DNA of 64,000 nucleotides from Octopus sinensis (taxonomy: Eukaryota). A program made the position numbers and the translations under genes. Shown here piece by piece: positions 51,863 to 64,000 of this stretch. The notes beneath the pieces are model-generated. The model was not told the origin of the DNA, did no database searches, and saw nothing but the letters and a program-made list of their open reading frames with translations. The DNA lies in assembly GCF_006345805.1 (NCBI RefSeq), contig NC_042997.1, positions 185,814,001 to 185,878,000 of the forward strand. The letters are read 5' to 3'. The stretch's first letter is position 1. Each line of letters begins with the position of its first letter.

Positions 51863-52605
51863 ATATATATGCATGCATGTATGTATGTAAATGTGTATGT
51901 ATGTGTGTGGGTGTGTGTATGTATATTTGTGCACACCCACATAATATATAATAATGTGCGCAATACTATATATTAATATATTTTTATCCAGTAAACAACT
52001 TATATCCAATGCTCCGCGACACTGTAAAACAACAATCCTTAAACACAAGCAGAATGTAAACAATGCAAATGAATAAACAAAAAAAAAATAACTAGTTCAT
52101 GTTTTCCTGTTTCCCATACATCTATATATAGTAAAGAATCAATAACGCACAACAAATGGAACTCTTCAAATTGAAGGAAAGAAAAATATGACACTGTTAA
52201 ATGCAGTCCTCATTGTTTCATCCATCAAGTTTATATATTTACAAAATCAATCACATTTCAAAATAGAATAGTATTTATCTCATTGCTTGTGTTAGCTGGA
52301 GGGGGGGGGGGTTAAAAAGAACGGAAAAAAAACAACTGATGGGATATCGCAATAAATGAATGAAGCATGACGTTTTGAGTTATTGCTTCATCGAACTTGA
52401 TGCAGGCAGCGAGAGGATAGTTTGCCAACTTCGTAGCTTTGTTAAACATTTTGTTAGCCTTGTATTGTTAAATGTTGCTGACATTATTAAGCCTTCATAT
52501 AATATAGATTTTTTTTATATAATCTCCCCTATTGTCTCTCTTTCTTTCAATCTCCCCTCTCTCTCTCTCTCTCTCCCTCTCTCTCTCTCTCTCTCCCTCT
52601 CTCTC

Positions 52606-52647
<42 letters not shown>

Positions 52648-52780
52648 GCACTTTTTCCTTCTCTCTCTATCATTGTTGCAGTGGATGTTATTGAGAATAA
52701 TGATATCACTGCTAAACTCCATATCATTGCTAGATTATATACCTTGTTATACTTTATGTAATTGCTGTATTTCGGAACAT

Positions 52781-53381
52781 AAGGCGGTGAGCTGGCAGAA
52801 ACGTTAGCACGCTGGGCGAAATGCTTAGCGGTATTTCGTCTGTGTTACGTTGTGAGTTCGAATTCCGCCGAGGTCGACTTTGCCTTTCATCCTTTCGGGG
52901 TCGATAAATCAAGTACCAGTTACGCACTGGGGTCGATGTAATCGACTTAATACCTATGTCTGTCCTTGTTTGTCCCCTCTGTGTTTAGCCCCTTGTGGGT
53001 AATAAAGAAATAAGTATTTTATCTGCCGCTACGTTCTGAGTTCAAATTCCGCCAAGGTCGACTTTGCCTTTCATCCTTTCGGGGTCGATTAAATAATTAC
53101 CAGTTACGCACTGGGGTCGATATAATCGACTCAATCCGTTTCTGTGTCCTTGTTTGTCCCTCTTGTGTTTAGCTCCTTGTGGGTAGTAAAGAAATAGGTA
53201 TTTCGTCTGCCGCTACGTTCTGAGTTCAAATTCCGCCAAGGTCGACTTTGCCTTTCATCCTTTCGGGGTCGATTAAATAAGTACCAGCTACGCACTGGGG
53301 TCGATATAATCGACTTAACCCGTTTGTGTGTCCTTGTTTGTCCTCTCTGTGTTTAACCTCTTATGGGTAGTAAAGAAATAT
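52781..53381 (+). mobile_element. Family A SINE trimer inside a single TSD
   Basis: One full unit plus two units truncated at the same point. gtatttcggaacat (52767-52780) and gtatatcggaacat (53382-53395) flank the array. Confidence 0.9.
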
Positions 53382-53649
53382 GTATATCGGAACATTATTG
53401 CATCTCATTTCGCGTTAACCTTCTTTGCTTTCTTAGATTTCATAACATAGACTTGTTTGTTACCGCATTTATTCGAAGAGTGCATTGTTTTATTGTTTCA
53501 ATTGTTCTATAGCCCCAAATCAATTCTGAATGAATGAACAAACTTATGACACATAGGTTGTCAGTCAAACAAACATTTACTAGTCTCAGACCACAATCTC
53601 CGGATATACCACCCTGCTGCACATTCTGACATGCAGTATGACAGCCGAA

Positions 53650-53881
53650 GGCGGCGAGCTGGCAGAAACGTTAGCACGCCGGGCGAAATGCTTAGCCGTA
53701 TTTCGTCTGCCGTTACGTTCTGAGTTCAAATTCCGCCGAGGTCGACTTCGCCTTTCATCCTTTCGGGGTCGATTAAATAAGTAGCAGTTACGCACTGGGG
53801 TCGATGTAATCTACTTAATCCGTGTGTCTGTCCTTGTTTGTCCCCTCTGTGTTTAGCCTCTTGTGGGTAGTAAAGAATAAT
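53650..53881 (+). mobile_element. SINE family A with 19-bp TSD
   Basis: atgcagtatgacagccgaa at 53631-53649 and 53882-53900. Confidence 0.95.
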
Positions 53882-54149
53882 ATGCAGTATGACAGCCGAA
53901 CATCTGTGTTTGCTTTCGTACGGTTGCAGATTTTTTGCGGCTACAACAGCCGTGATAAGTTGGAGTTGGTTGTGGCCAACAATTGTCGTTCCTCTTCACT
54001 TTGTAGCTTGCATCAGTACAATGATTGGAGATAATATGTTTATTGATGCAACTACTATTGCTATGCACATGCTGGTCTTTGTTCGTCTGGATGAAGTGGA
54101 AGCGCTTTTAGGATGTCATAGTAGTATTGTCCTGTGTGTTTCTTTTCTT

Positions 54150-54457
54150 TTATTTATGCGCTCTTTTCAATCCTAGCCAGGCTCATGGGCCCGGTTTCCC
54201 GGTTTCTATGGCGTATGTGTTCCCTCCAGCTGGACTGGACGTCAGTCCATCGCAGCGTTACTCAAGAAACAGGAAGAAAGATTGAGAGAAAGTTGAGGCG
54301 AAAGAGTACAACAGAGGTCGCCACCACCTCCTGCCGGAGTCTCGTGGAGCTTTAGGTGTTTTCGCTCAATAAACACACACAACGCCCGGTCTGGGAATCG
54401 AAACCGCTATCATCCGACCGCGAGTCCGCTGCCCTAACCACTGGGCCATTGCGCCTA
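54150..54457 (-). mobile_element. SINE family C, tail C2
   Basis: Reverse tRNA-like head and C2 body. Confidence 0.85.
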
Positions 54458-55208
54458 CATGTGTGTTTCTTTTAGCTGGGATAATTCTGCGTGCAGTGTA
54501 AGGAGCTGCGAATGCTTTTTAAGACTGCTACTGCCATAAACTGCACTCTTTGCATGTTCGTATGATCTTTTTCTTTTACGTATTTTCACTTCGTTTTATA
54601 GCTCTTTTGTGTTTTATGGCCTGCGAGTCACAGATGATGAGATTAAGCGCATTCACTACTGGCCATATTTTTATTCATTTATTCATTCCCAGTCTTCTGC
54701 AAGGGCTGTCATAATCTTTCATAGATATAATCTTTACTGGATTCAGCCATTCGTTTCACTGTTGTTGATTCTTTATGTGGACCAAATGTGCTATCTGTAA
54801 GTGCTCTAACTGTGCGTGTGTTGGTTTTCACTTTTTTCTGATATCTTCTGTGAATACTTTGAATGTCTAGAAAGTGTTGTATGTAGCTCCTACTTACTAT
54901 CTTTTTCTTCAGTGCGCATGTGATAAGCTTATTTTGCTAATTACGTTTACTTGGTTGTTGAACTCGATTTTTCTCTTGTGTTACTTTTTAGAAGACGGAT
55001 TTGGTAGGTGCTGCATTAAGACCTTATTTACTTTTTTATTTAGTCAGGTTTCTGGGTGATAAATTAACATGTGCGGAAAGTGTGCCACTGTGTTTGGAGA
55101 ATTAATGCTATTGCTTTGGAAACTGATTTCTTATTGATAAGTTGAAAGAAACCGTGCCACTGTGTTTGAAGAATGGTAGGAATATGTGACAGTGATCGCA
55201 TTATCATA

Positions 55209-55484
55209 TTAGGATGAATGATTTCGTGATATGTGCAAAAAATCGTAAAGATATAATTTTAATAGTGTAGGTGAGAGAAGAGATCTTTGTAGCGTTCCAT
55301 TAGGAGAAAGCAAATTCTTGATATCTTTTCTGTAGCAAATAAGCATGGTTAGCTGAAAAATAGGTTGATATCCTCGTTTTTTGTTGCTTTTTAAATAGGT
55401 GTTGAGTAGTATCGTGTATATATAAGTTATATATAAGTCGAATACTCTATTCGTATCGATTATATTTAAAAACAGAGCGTGCAA
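55209..55484 (-). pseudogene. Heavily decayed LINE reverse transcriptase remnant
   Basis: ALFLNIIDTNRVFD ... NGTLQRSLLSPTLLKLYLYD resembles the RT motifs FLDxxKAFD and GVPQGSVLSPTLFNLYIND. Confidence 0.4.
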
Positions 55485-57608
55485 GAGAAATTTTACATTG
55501 CAATCGTTATGAATTTATATTTAAAGTTTGTCACTTTTGTGTTGGTTGATAGTAGGCTAGAAAGGAGAATGTATAGGGATGTGAAATAATGCTTAAGATA
55601 TTAAACAAAATTTGAGGTAGACATGGGAGTGTTATTTGGGGGAGGAGCAACTGCTTGTGCAGTGGATTTTTATTTTGTGGGGATTTAAAATGACTATGAT
55701 TAAGCTAAGGTTACAAATTTTGTGAGTTTAATTTTTTTTTTGTAGGGATTTAAAATTTTTATGCTTAAGCTAAGGTTACAAGTTTTGTGAGTTTCATTAT
55801 TTAGTTTATTGTTGCTTTCAAAAGGCATCTGAGTAACAGCGACATCTGATGTTATATCATAGTAATCTTCTGATCGCCAATATCAATGAATTGTTTAGAT
55901 TCTACTTGTCAGTAACACCCAACTAGTCGACCAGCTTTTTTTTCTTTCGGAAATCAACCTACTGAACTTTATACCTTATAATATGATTTGGTGTACAAAT
56001 ATATTTAATCTAAGATTCTTGAACACAAAAGCCGTGTTTCGTTATATGTTTCATAATGTCCAGTTTTCTCATATCCAAGTGACATTTGTTACACATGAGA
56101 AAGAAAATTTTATTTCACAGGGTATTTCATACGACCTTAATATGACGATGAGAAAATGTCATCCTATACTTCTCTGCAAATGGATTCTGCGCCAGTCACT
56201 AACATCTGCTATACTTCAATTTTTAGTTATTTATCTTTCTGTTTTTTTTTTATTGTTATAGATGCTATTGCTGTTCTAGTACTGGTGACAGTTATTTTAT
56301 AGTTGTATTTGTTACCGCATTTGTATTGCCAACTGTTATTGTAATGTTTACTCGAACTATTATTGTTGGCTTACTTGGAGCAGCTCTGCTTGAAAATGTC
56401 TTCTGACGTGGAAATAGTTGTTGAATGAAACAATCACTCTCTGTTTTAGTCAAGCACGTTCCTTAATCATCATGGAACACAATAACACAAAGATTATTTG
56501 TGTTGCGCATAATGTTATAAAAATTAAATATAATGACTTGTGCTCTTTTAAAAATCGTTGGGAATTAGTTGAAATAGATTTAACAACCGTATCAGCCAGA
56601 GTTACGACATTAACACTCCTTTATCGAATTGATGAAAACAATGTCTATCGATTAAGAATACCGAAGTTCTTTGTGAACTAAATCCGTCTCTCAATTTGGA
56701 TTGTTTAAGATTTGAACAATCAGAACTTAGCTTTTGAATTATATTTATTGTTTGTAAAGATATGATCATCAATACTTCTGCTTTCTTCTCTTTCATAAAT
56801 GTCTGGCTTTGTACCAATATAAAAGTATTACTATTTCAATGGAACAAATAGTCTGCTGGAACTAACAGAGAGAGTTGGAAGTTGACCATATTTAGGTGAA
56901 TGGAATATATAATGAATCGATAGTAGATCGGGAAACCAGTCTCTTGTTTCATTCCGCTGTCCTTCTTAGCTTATCTGTAAGCTGTTCAGTGGTTCTCATT
57001 TACAGGCAGGTACCAAGCAGGAATTATGGAACCAACAAGAGAACTTCTAAGCAATTACTCGGCCTGCCAGAAGAAGCGATCAAATTGTACTAAATCGTAC
57101 ACACCAAACGAAGGGCACATTGTAACTTTAATAAAATGGCAGCAAAAAAGTCCTTGATCATAGATATATTTCTCAAACCTAACACTAAAGAGCAACAATA
57201 AATAAAACATCTGTAGATAAATAAAACGACATAGAGCGGTTTCCAGGTGAAAATATGATAGGACTATGAACTGAAGAATATTTTGTTAAATCGAAATCTG
57301 GGTTAAAATCTTTCATTGAAAGACATTTGGTATCAACCGGACATGTTTATTCTATGTAGACGAATCCTTCAAATACTGCCATAAGGAAACGCTATTCGTT
57401 TGTAGTAGTTTGTTATTCTTTCTCGTATTTCTACCAGAGGGTTGCCTTCAAAGTTTTACATAAGAACAATCATAGTACGATGACTGTACCCGCAGTCGAT
57501 GTTTTCCCCATGGTCATTAGCACAGCAATACTAAAAGGACACGAACATTTAACCTCTTGTTTAGCGGTCGTGTTCCTTCAAGTACTTGGTATTTCTTTTA
57601 CGACCACT

Positions 57609-58013
57609 AAGGCGGTGAGCTGGCAGAATCGTTAGCACGCCGGGCAAAATGCTTAGCAGTATTTCGTTTGCTGTTACGTTCTGAGTTCAAAAATCCGCCG
57701 AGGTCGACTTTGCCTTTCATCCTTTCGGGGTCGATAAATTAAGTACCACCTACGCACTGGAATCGATATAATCGACTTAATCCGTTTGTCTGTCTTGTTT
57801 GTCCCCTTTGTGTTTAGCCCCATGTGGGTAGTAAAGAAATAGGTATTTCGTCTGTCTTTACGTTCTGAGTTCAAATTCCGCCGAGGTCGACTTTGCATTT
57901 CATCCTTTCGGGGTCGATAAATTGAGTACCAGTGAAACACTGGGGTCGATGTAAACGACTAGTCTCCCCTCCCACCAAATTTCAGGCCTTGTGCCTATAG
58001 TAGCATGGATTAT
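57609..58013 (+). mobile_element. Chimeric family A SINE dimer (tail 1 unit + truncated tail 2 unit)
   Basis: Junction aaagaaataggtatttcgtctg near 57841. Confidence 0.88.
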
Positions 58014-58303
58014 TTTTACTACCACTACTTTGCTAGCTAATCTTAAACACAACGTGTTGGTTGCTTCTTGTAAGGTAAAAGGCTGAAAGAAATAGAGCGA
58101 ACAGCATGGCAATATACTCCTCCTCGAGTGCACAAAATATACTGCAAAGTAGGAAATCGAATATATCCAACGCTCTTTCTATAAGAGAAAAAAATTAAAT
58201 ATTCATATTGGCAATAAGATTGGTTGGATATTCGGAAGAAAAGAAGCTGCTGGAAGTTTAGCCTGAAAGTAACAAAGTAATATCACTAACATGAAGCATG
58301 CTC

Positions 58304-58350
<47 letters not shown>

Positions 58351-58479
58351 AACAACTCTCACTAGTCCATTCATTATTTTATTTTTGCCTCTCATAAAGA
58401 CTTCGATACATTAATGCATACATAAACATACAGGCAGGCAGTCACACATCACACTCCGACACACACACATGCATATATA

Positions 58480-58486
58480 TACATAC

Positions 58487-58536
<50 letters not shown>

Positions 58537-58557
58537 GTATGTATATATGTATGAATG

Positions 58558-58588
<31 letters not shown>

Positions 58589-58745
58589 ATAGGTATGTAT
58601 GTATATAGGTATGTATGTATATGTTTGTATATGTATGTATATGTATGTATGTATATATGTATGTATATATATATGTATGTATATGTATGTATGTATATGT
58701 ATGTGTATGTATGTATGTATATATGCATGTATGTATATATGTATG

Positions 58746-58779
<34 letters not shown>

Positions 58780-58850
58780 TATATGTATGTATATATATGT
58801 ATGTATGTATGTATATATGTGTATGTATGTATATATGTGTGTGTGTGTGC
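58480..58850. repeat. (TATG)n/(TA)n microsatellite
   Basis: Direct inspection. Confidence 0.95.
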
Positions 58851-59248
58851 TCATTTTTTATGTGTATGTGCACTCATTTGTGTGTGTGTGTAGGGAGTTG
58901 TGATGTGCTTCAAGAGACGATACAGTCTTTTCCCTTCATTTTTCCATTAACATCCTTTCAACTTTTTTTTCCTTCTAAAAATCACCGACACTGGAGCAAT
59001 CTAGAAGACACGCAAGAGATATTAAACGTTAGAAATCTTATACTTCGGCTAATCTTTTATCACTTCAATGATTTAAGGTATATAAGTGTTTGTGTGGATG
59101 AAAATATATAGTATGTGCGTGTATGTGTGTGTATCTGTATATATGTGTGTGTGTATGTGTGTGCGCGCGTATATATGTGTATGTGTGTGTGTTTATATTT
59201 ATGTATAAAATATATGTAGAAGCAAACAGATAAGAGGGCGAGAGAAAC

Positions 59249-59283
<35 letters not shown>

Positions 59284-59466
59284 TAGACAGACAGACAGAT
59301 ACATACATTACATTCATATATACATACATATATACGTACATATATACATACATATGTAAACTGTGTCTACAAACTTGTGTGGTAAAGGGGTAAAATAAAA
59401 GTGCAAAAACAAATTAAATAACAAATACACATATCATACACAGATATAAACACATATGTGACTGAA

Positions 59467-59767
59467 TGTTTGTTCCTTCTCGAGCTACGCTTGGCTCATA
59501 AGGGCCGGTTTCCCGGTTTGCTTGGCGTATAGGTTCCCCACGTGGACGGGCCGCCGGTCCGTCGCAGGTGAGCTGCAAAATGCAGGAGGAAAGAGTGAGA
59601 GAAAATTGTGGCGAAAGAGTCAGCAGAAGTTCGCCATTAACTTCTGCCGGAGCCTCGTGGAGCTTAGGTATTTCGCTCATGAATACACACATCACTCGGT
59701 CTGAGATTGGCTCCCGCGTTCCCTCGACCGCGAGTCCGCTGCTCTAACCACTAGGCCATGTGCCTCC
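59467..59767 (-). mobile_element. SINE family C, tail C2
   Basis: Reverse copy close to 35771-36065. Confidence 0.88.
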
Positions 59768-59792
59768 ACCATATATATATACACACCCATAT

Positions 59793-59839
<47 letters not shown>

Positions 59840-59843
59840 TATC

Positions 59844-59940
<97 letters not shown>

Positions 59941-59989
59941 ATATATAGATATATATATATATATATATAATATAGATATATATATATAT

Positions 59990-60020
<31 letters not shown>

Positions 60021-60611
60021 GATAGATAGATAGATAGATAGATATTCGTATGTGTTTTTACTAATTGACATTGTTGCACATTTTGAATTTCATTTCGTTC
60101 TTTCCCTCGCATGTATATACACATTGACGTATTTAATTTAAACAAGTAAATATATACATGTAGGAACGTGTTTATGTATTATACACGCCTGCACAGTTAT
60201 ATATACATACACAAACACGCACACACACACATATATACAAAAATACATACATATGCACATCGCTTTTTTTTTTCATTTCCACTTTCTTCTCTTCACCATT
60301 TTCTCTCAAATGTGTGCACGTGCGAGCGTCTGTATTTTAATGAGTTGTGTGTGCATCTACCTCTTTCTACAGTGTTAGTCGCTAGCTGGGCATGTGTGTG
60401 ATTTGTATATTTGTATAGTTTTAGAAGAATGTTTGAAATGAAGCTCTTTCATGCTGGCTTCCCTTTATTATTGATCTCAAGACATTTAAATTCTGCCATT
60501 AAAATTCATCTAAAAGAAGTAATAACATCAAAATGATTAAACATATTTTTAATAACACGCCTACACATAGTGTAGTATATTCTCTATCTATCTATCTATC
60601 TATCTATCTAT

Positions 60612-60768
60612 ACGACGGGCTTCTTTCAATTTCGTCTATCAAATCCACTCACCAGGCTTTAGTCGGCCTGACGCTATAGTAGAAGACACTTGCCCAAGGT
60701 GCCACGAAGTGAGAATGAACCCAGAACCATGTGATTGGTAAGCAAGCTGCTTACCACACAGCTACTCT
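60612..60768 (-). mobile_element. SINE family B, 5' half
   Basis: Reverse head and CORE-like block. Confidence 0.8.
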
Positions 60769-60814
60769 GACAAAACAATTCTGCTGAATCATTTGTTTTA
60801 ATGTATAATATAAA

Positions 60815-61190
60815 GATTTTTTTTCCTACTCTAAGCACAAGGCTCGAAATTTTTGTGGAGGGCGCCAGTCGATTAGATCGATCCCAGTACGCAACCGGTA
60901 CTTAATTTATCGATCCAGAAAGGATGAAAGCAAAGTCGGCCACGGCGGAATTTGAACTCAGAATATAAAGACAGACGGAACACCGCTGGCAGAATCGTTA
61001 GCAGGCCGGGTGAAATGCTTTGCGGCATTTCGTACGTCTTCACTTTCTGAGTTCAAAATCCGACGAGGTCGATTTTGCTTTTCATCCTTTCAGGGTCGAT
61101 ACGGTAATTACCATTGTGTACTGGAGTGCATGTAATCGACTCGCCCTCTCACCCGAAATTGCTAGACATGAGCCCAAATTTGAAATCAAT
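60815..61190. mobile_element. Head-to-head pair of family A SINEs
   Basis: Minus copy about 60815-60970, plus copy about 60985-61190. Confidence 0.8.
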
Positions 61191-61263
61191 GGATAGACAG
61201 CAGATAAAATAATGTAACCAATTTACGGAATAAAACTTATACACCCACACCCACATATATATA

Positions 61264-61572
61264 TCACCGTGATCACCGTGACCGACCAGGCTATCAGATG
61301 TTGCTATACATTGCTGGTCACAATGCGCTTCACATTGTTTTAGCATTCAAATGACGCCACCCCGCTGGCTAAGCGAGCAGGCCAACAGAAGAAAGAGTGA
61401 GAGAAAGTTGTCGCGAAAGAGTACAGCAGGGATTGCCAACACACCATGCCGGAGCATCGTGGAGCTTTGGTGCGTTCGCTCAATAAACATTGACAACGCC
61501 CGGTCTGGGAATCGAAACCGCGATCCTACAACCTTGAGTTCGCAGCCGTAACCACTGGGCCATTGCGCCTCC
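61264..61572 (-). mobile_element. SINE family C, tail C1
   Basis: Reverse homologue of 44290-44583. Confidence 0.88.
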
Positions 61573-61611
61573 ATATATATATATATATATTATATATATA
61601 TATATCTATAT

Positions 61612-61650
<39 letters not shown>

Positions 61651-61744
61651 AGATAGATAGATAGGTAGTAGGTAGGTATGTAGGTAGGTAGGTAGGTAGG
61701 TAGGTAGATATATATAGATATATTGCGTGTGTATCTATGTGTGT

Positions 61745-61952
61745 GAGATTTCGTGTCTGTGTTTGTCCTCTCATGACAACTTGTGCTGGTGTGTTTATGT
61801 CCCTGTAACTTAGTGGTTCGGCAAAAGAGAAAGACAGAATAAGTACTAAGCTTAAGAAAACAAATTTTGGGGGTCAATATGTTCGACTAAAACCATTCGA
61901 CGTGGTGCTCCAGCATGGCTGCAGTCAAATGACTGAAACAAGTAAAAGAATT
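61745..61952 (+). mobile_element. SINE family B, 3' half
   Basis: Tail ggtgctccagcatggctgcagtcaaatgactgaaacaagtaaaag. Confidence 0.85.
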
Positions 61953-62499
61953 AAAGACCATTGAGATTTTACATCTCATATTTATATGTTAGGATTTTCG
62001 TGTGATTCTAGATTTTGCTGGCAAACTTAATCTGGCAGCAAATTCTAAACATAGAGCTAAGAACCGACGAAAAATAAAAATAAGAGATAATAATGTCTTG
62101 GCCTGAAAACTCTCTGTAGATACAAGGGAACATATACTGAAAAGCTTCGTTCTAGTTGGTCAATACATGATTAATCATTGGATTTTTCTTCTGCAGTATA
62201 TATGCTACCAACAAAAACAAACAACATAGAAATCAATAAGATTAAGAGCAAGAGTGAAAGATACTCAATAGATTAAAGTATTCACACAGGTTTTCGGTTT
62301 CTCCTAATTTTAACTGTCTTCCTGTCAAAATGCTCCTATCTGTGAAATGTTACCCTTTGCGTGCCAGTTAGATCAAATGACCAATTATTTTCGATCAAAC
62401 TATATTAACCCTTGCTTGACCTTTTTGGTGACTTTCTGCAAAGAAGCAACGTTCAAGCATACATAGTTGCTACTGGTTACTGCCAAAGCGATGCACAAT

Positions 62500-62765
62500 A
62501 GATAATCCTTCCTTCTACAGTCACAAGGTCTGGAACCCTAGGGAAAGGGAATAGTCTCGATTGCAGTGCGTAACTGATTCTTATTTTCTCGACCACGAAA
62601 GGGTGAAAGGCAAAATCGGCCTCATCAGAATTTAGACTCAGAACATAAGACAGACAAAATGCTTAGCAGCATTTTAGCCGTTCATTTGAATTCAGAAAAC
62701 GCAGACTGATAAAATGCCGCTACGCATTTCAGCCGGCGTGATAAGAATTCTGCCAGTTCGCCGCT
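62500..62765 (-). mobile_element. Diverged family A SINE fragments
   Basis: Reverse core and two head remnants. Confidence 0.65.
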
Positions 62766-62878
62766 TTATTTTTATACAAGAATAATCCACTCTCTTTTCT
62801 TATTAACAATGTATTTATTACACCAATATATTGTGCTAAAATTCAAGCAAGATATAACAGTGTATATGTTGCTTGAAT

Positions 62879-63108
62879 AGGCGGCGAGCTGGCAGAAACT
62901 TTAGCGGGCCGGGCGAAATGCTTAGCGGCATTTCGTCTGTCGTTACGCACTGATTTCAAATTCCGCCGAGGTCGACTTTGCCTTTCATCATCTCGGGGTC
63001 GATAAATAAAGTACCAGTTTCGCACTCGGTCGATGTAATCGACTTAATCCCTTTGCCTGTCCTTGTTTGTCCCCTCTATGTTTATCCCCTTGTGGGTAGT
63101 AAAGAAAT
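62879..63108 (+). mobile_element. SINE family A, tail type 1, with TSD
   Basis: Full length; tatatgttgc(a)ttgaat on both flanks. Confidence 0.92.
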
Positions 63109-63684
63109 ATATATGTTGCATTGAATTTGCCGAGAATTTCTCCAGTGTTCGATTATCATTAAATGAGAGAAAAAAAAAAGGAAGTTTTAAAAATTCATTT
63201 CATCAAGCATTCTAAGAATATATTACTTCGAAAAGAATCGAGTACAATGCCGTTTAAATTGAACGGAAAAATCTCACGCATGCTTCACCATTAGCAGTTT
63301 CCGTTTTAACTTGAGGTGTAAGCTTTACCTAAGCAAAAATTATCTATTCAAAATTATTCTTGGAGTTATTGACAGCTCTGTGATTATAAGCCGTTGTAGG
63401 CAAGCTGTACAATACCTATTCTTTAAACCTAGGTACTACTAGAAGGATGATTCAGGAAATATTCAGAAACTTTTAAAGCGCTATGGATCTTATTGATTCT
63501 GACAGTTATATATTTAATAGATTTTTCCCTTGCACAGTCGTATGTTCAATGAAATCGTAAGTAACTGATCCGCCTCCATTTTTCTTTTGTCCAAAGCCAG
63601 GAAATTTTCAGCTAACCTTCGTATATTTATCATTTCAGTCTGCCCTTGAGTAATCCTGAAATTTCTGCCGATTACGTTGGAGTG

Positions 63685-63732
<48 letters not shown>

Positions 63733-64000
63733 ATATATATTATATATTATATATATACATACACACACACATATATATGTGTGTATGTAATGAATATATA
63801 TATATATAATATATATATATGAATGTGGGTGTATTCTCGTTTACTATATCGTTTGCATAACGATAACTTTCATTATCTACAATCGTATTCTTCAAATAAC
63901 GACTATATTGTCAACGAATATGATTATATATTGTATGTTATCCAATATGTTATAATATTCAAACATTTCCATTCTATATTATTAGATACAAAATTTTATG

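Noticed and set aside
52781-53381. CRISPR-like array
   Set aside because: Units are about 185-bp SINE copies without unique spacers, and the context is eukaryotic.
56418-56681. 87-aa plus-strand ORF
   Set aside because: AT-rich, no motif and no supported splice or start context.
63537-63555. Plus-strand 19-nt micro-exon (ttgcacag| ... |gtaagt)
   Set aside because: Strong splice motifs but nothing to link it to; expected by chance in 64 kb.

Overview
AT-rich, microsatellite-saturated eukaryotic DNA, apparently intronic or intergenic. The repeat families (tRNA-derived SINEs, huge (TA)n/(CA)n/(TACA)n tracts) match what I recall of Octopus genomes; the taxon is inference. I can confirm no complete host gene. 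Almost all ORFs in the supplied track are microsatellite translations, and only weak candidate spliced exons (mostly minus strand) remain. Supported content: about 40 copies or fragments of at least four tRNA-derived SINE families, 3' fragments of CR1-clade and R4/Dong-type (RLE) LINEs, a decayed RT remnant, non-autonomous Helitron-like elements and a MITE. The most unusual signal is a cluster of minimal type I hammerhead ribozyme motifs from about five unrelated repeat families between 7.4 and 30.3 kb. Most sit in fold-back (inverted) or tandem arrays resembling Penelope-like pseudo-LTRs or retrozymes, including a 551-nt tandem unit bounded by two hammerheads. Also notable are a SINE and its probable partner CR1 LINE inserted side by side at a triplicated target, and SINE multimers with a recurrent fixed junction. 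Coordinates were counted by eye and repeat ends may be off by several bases.
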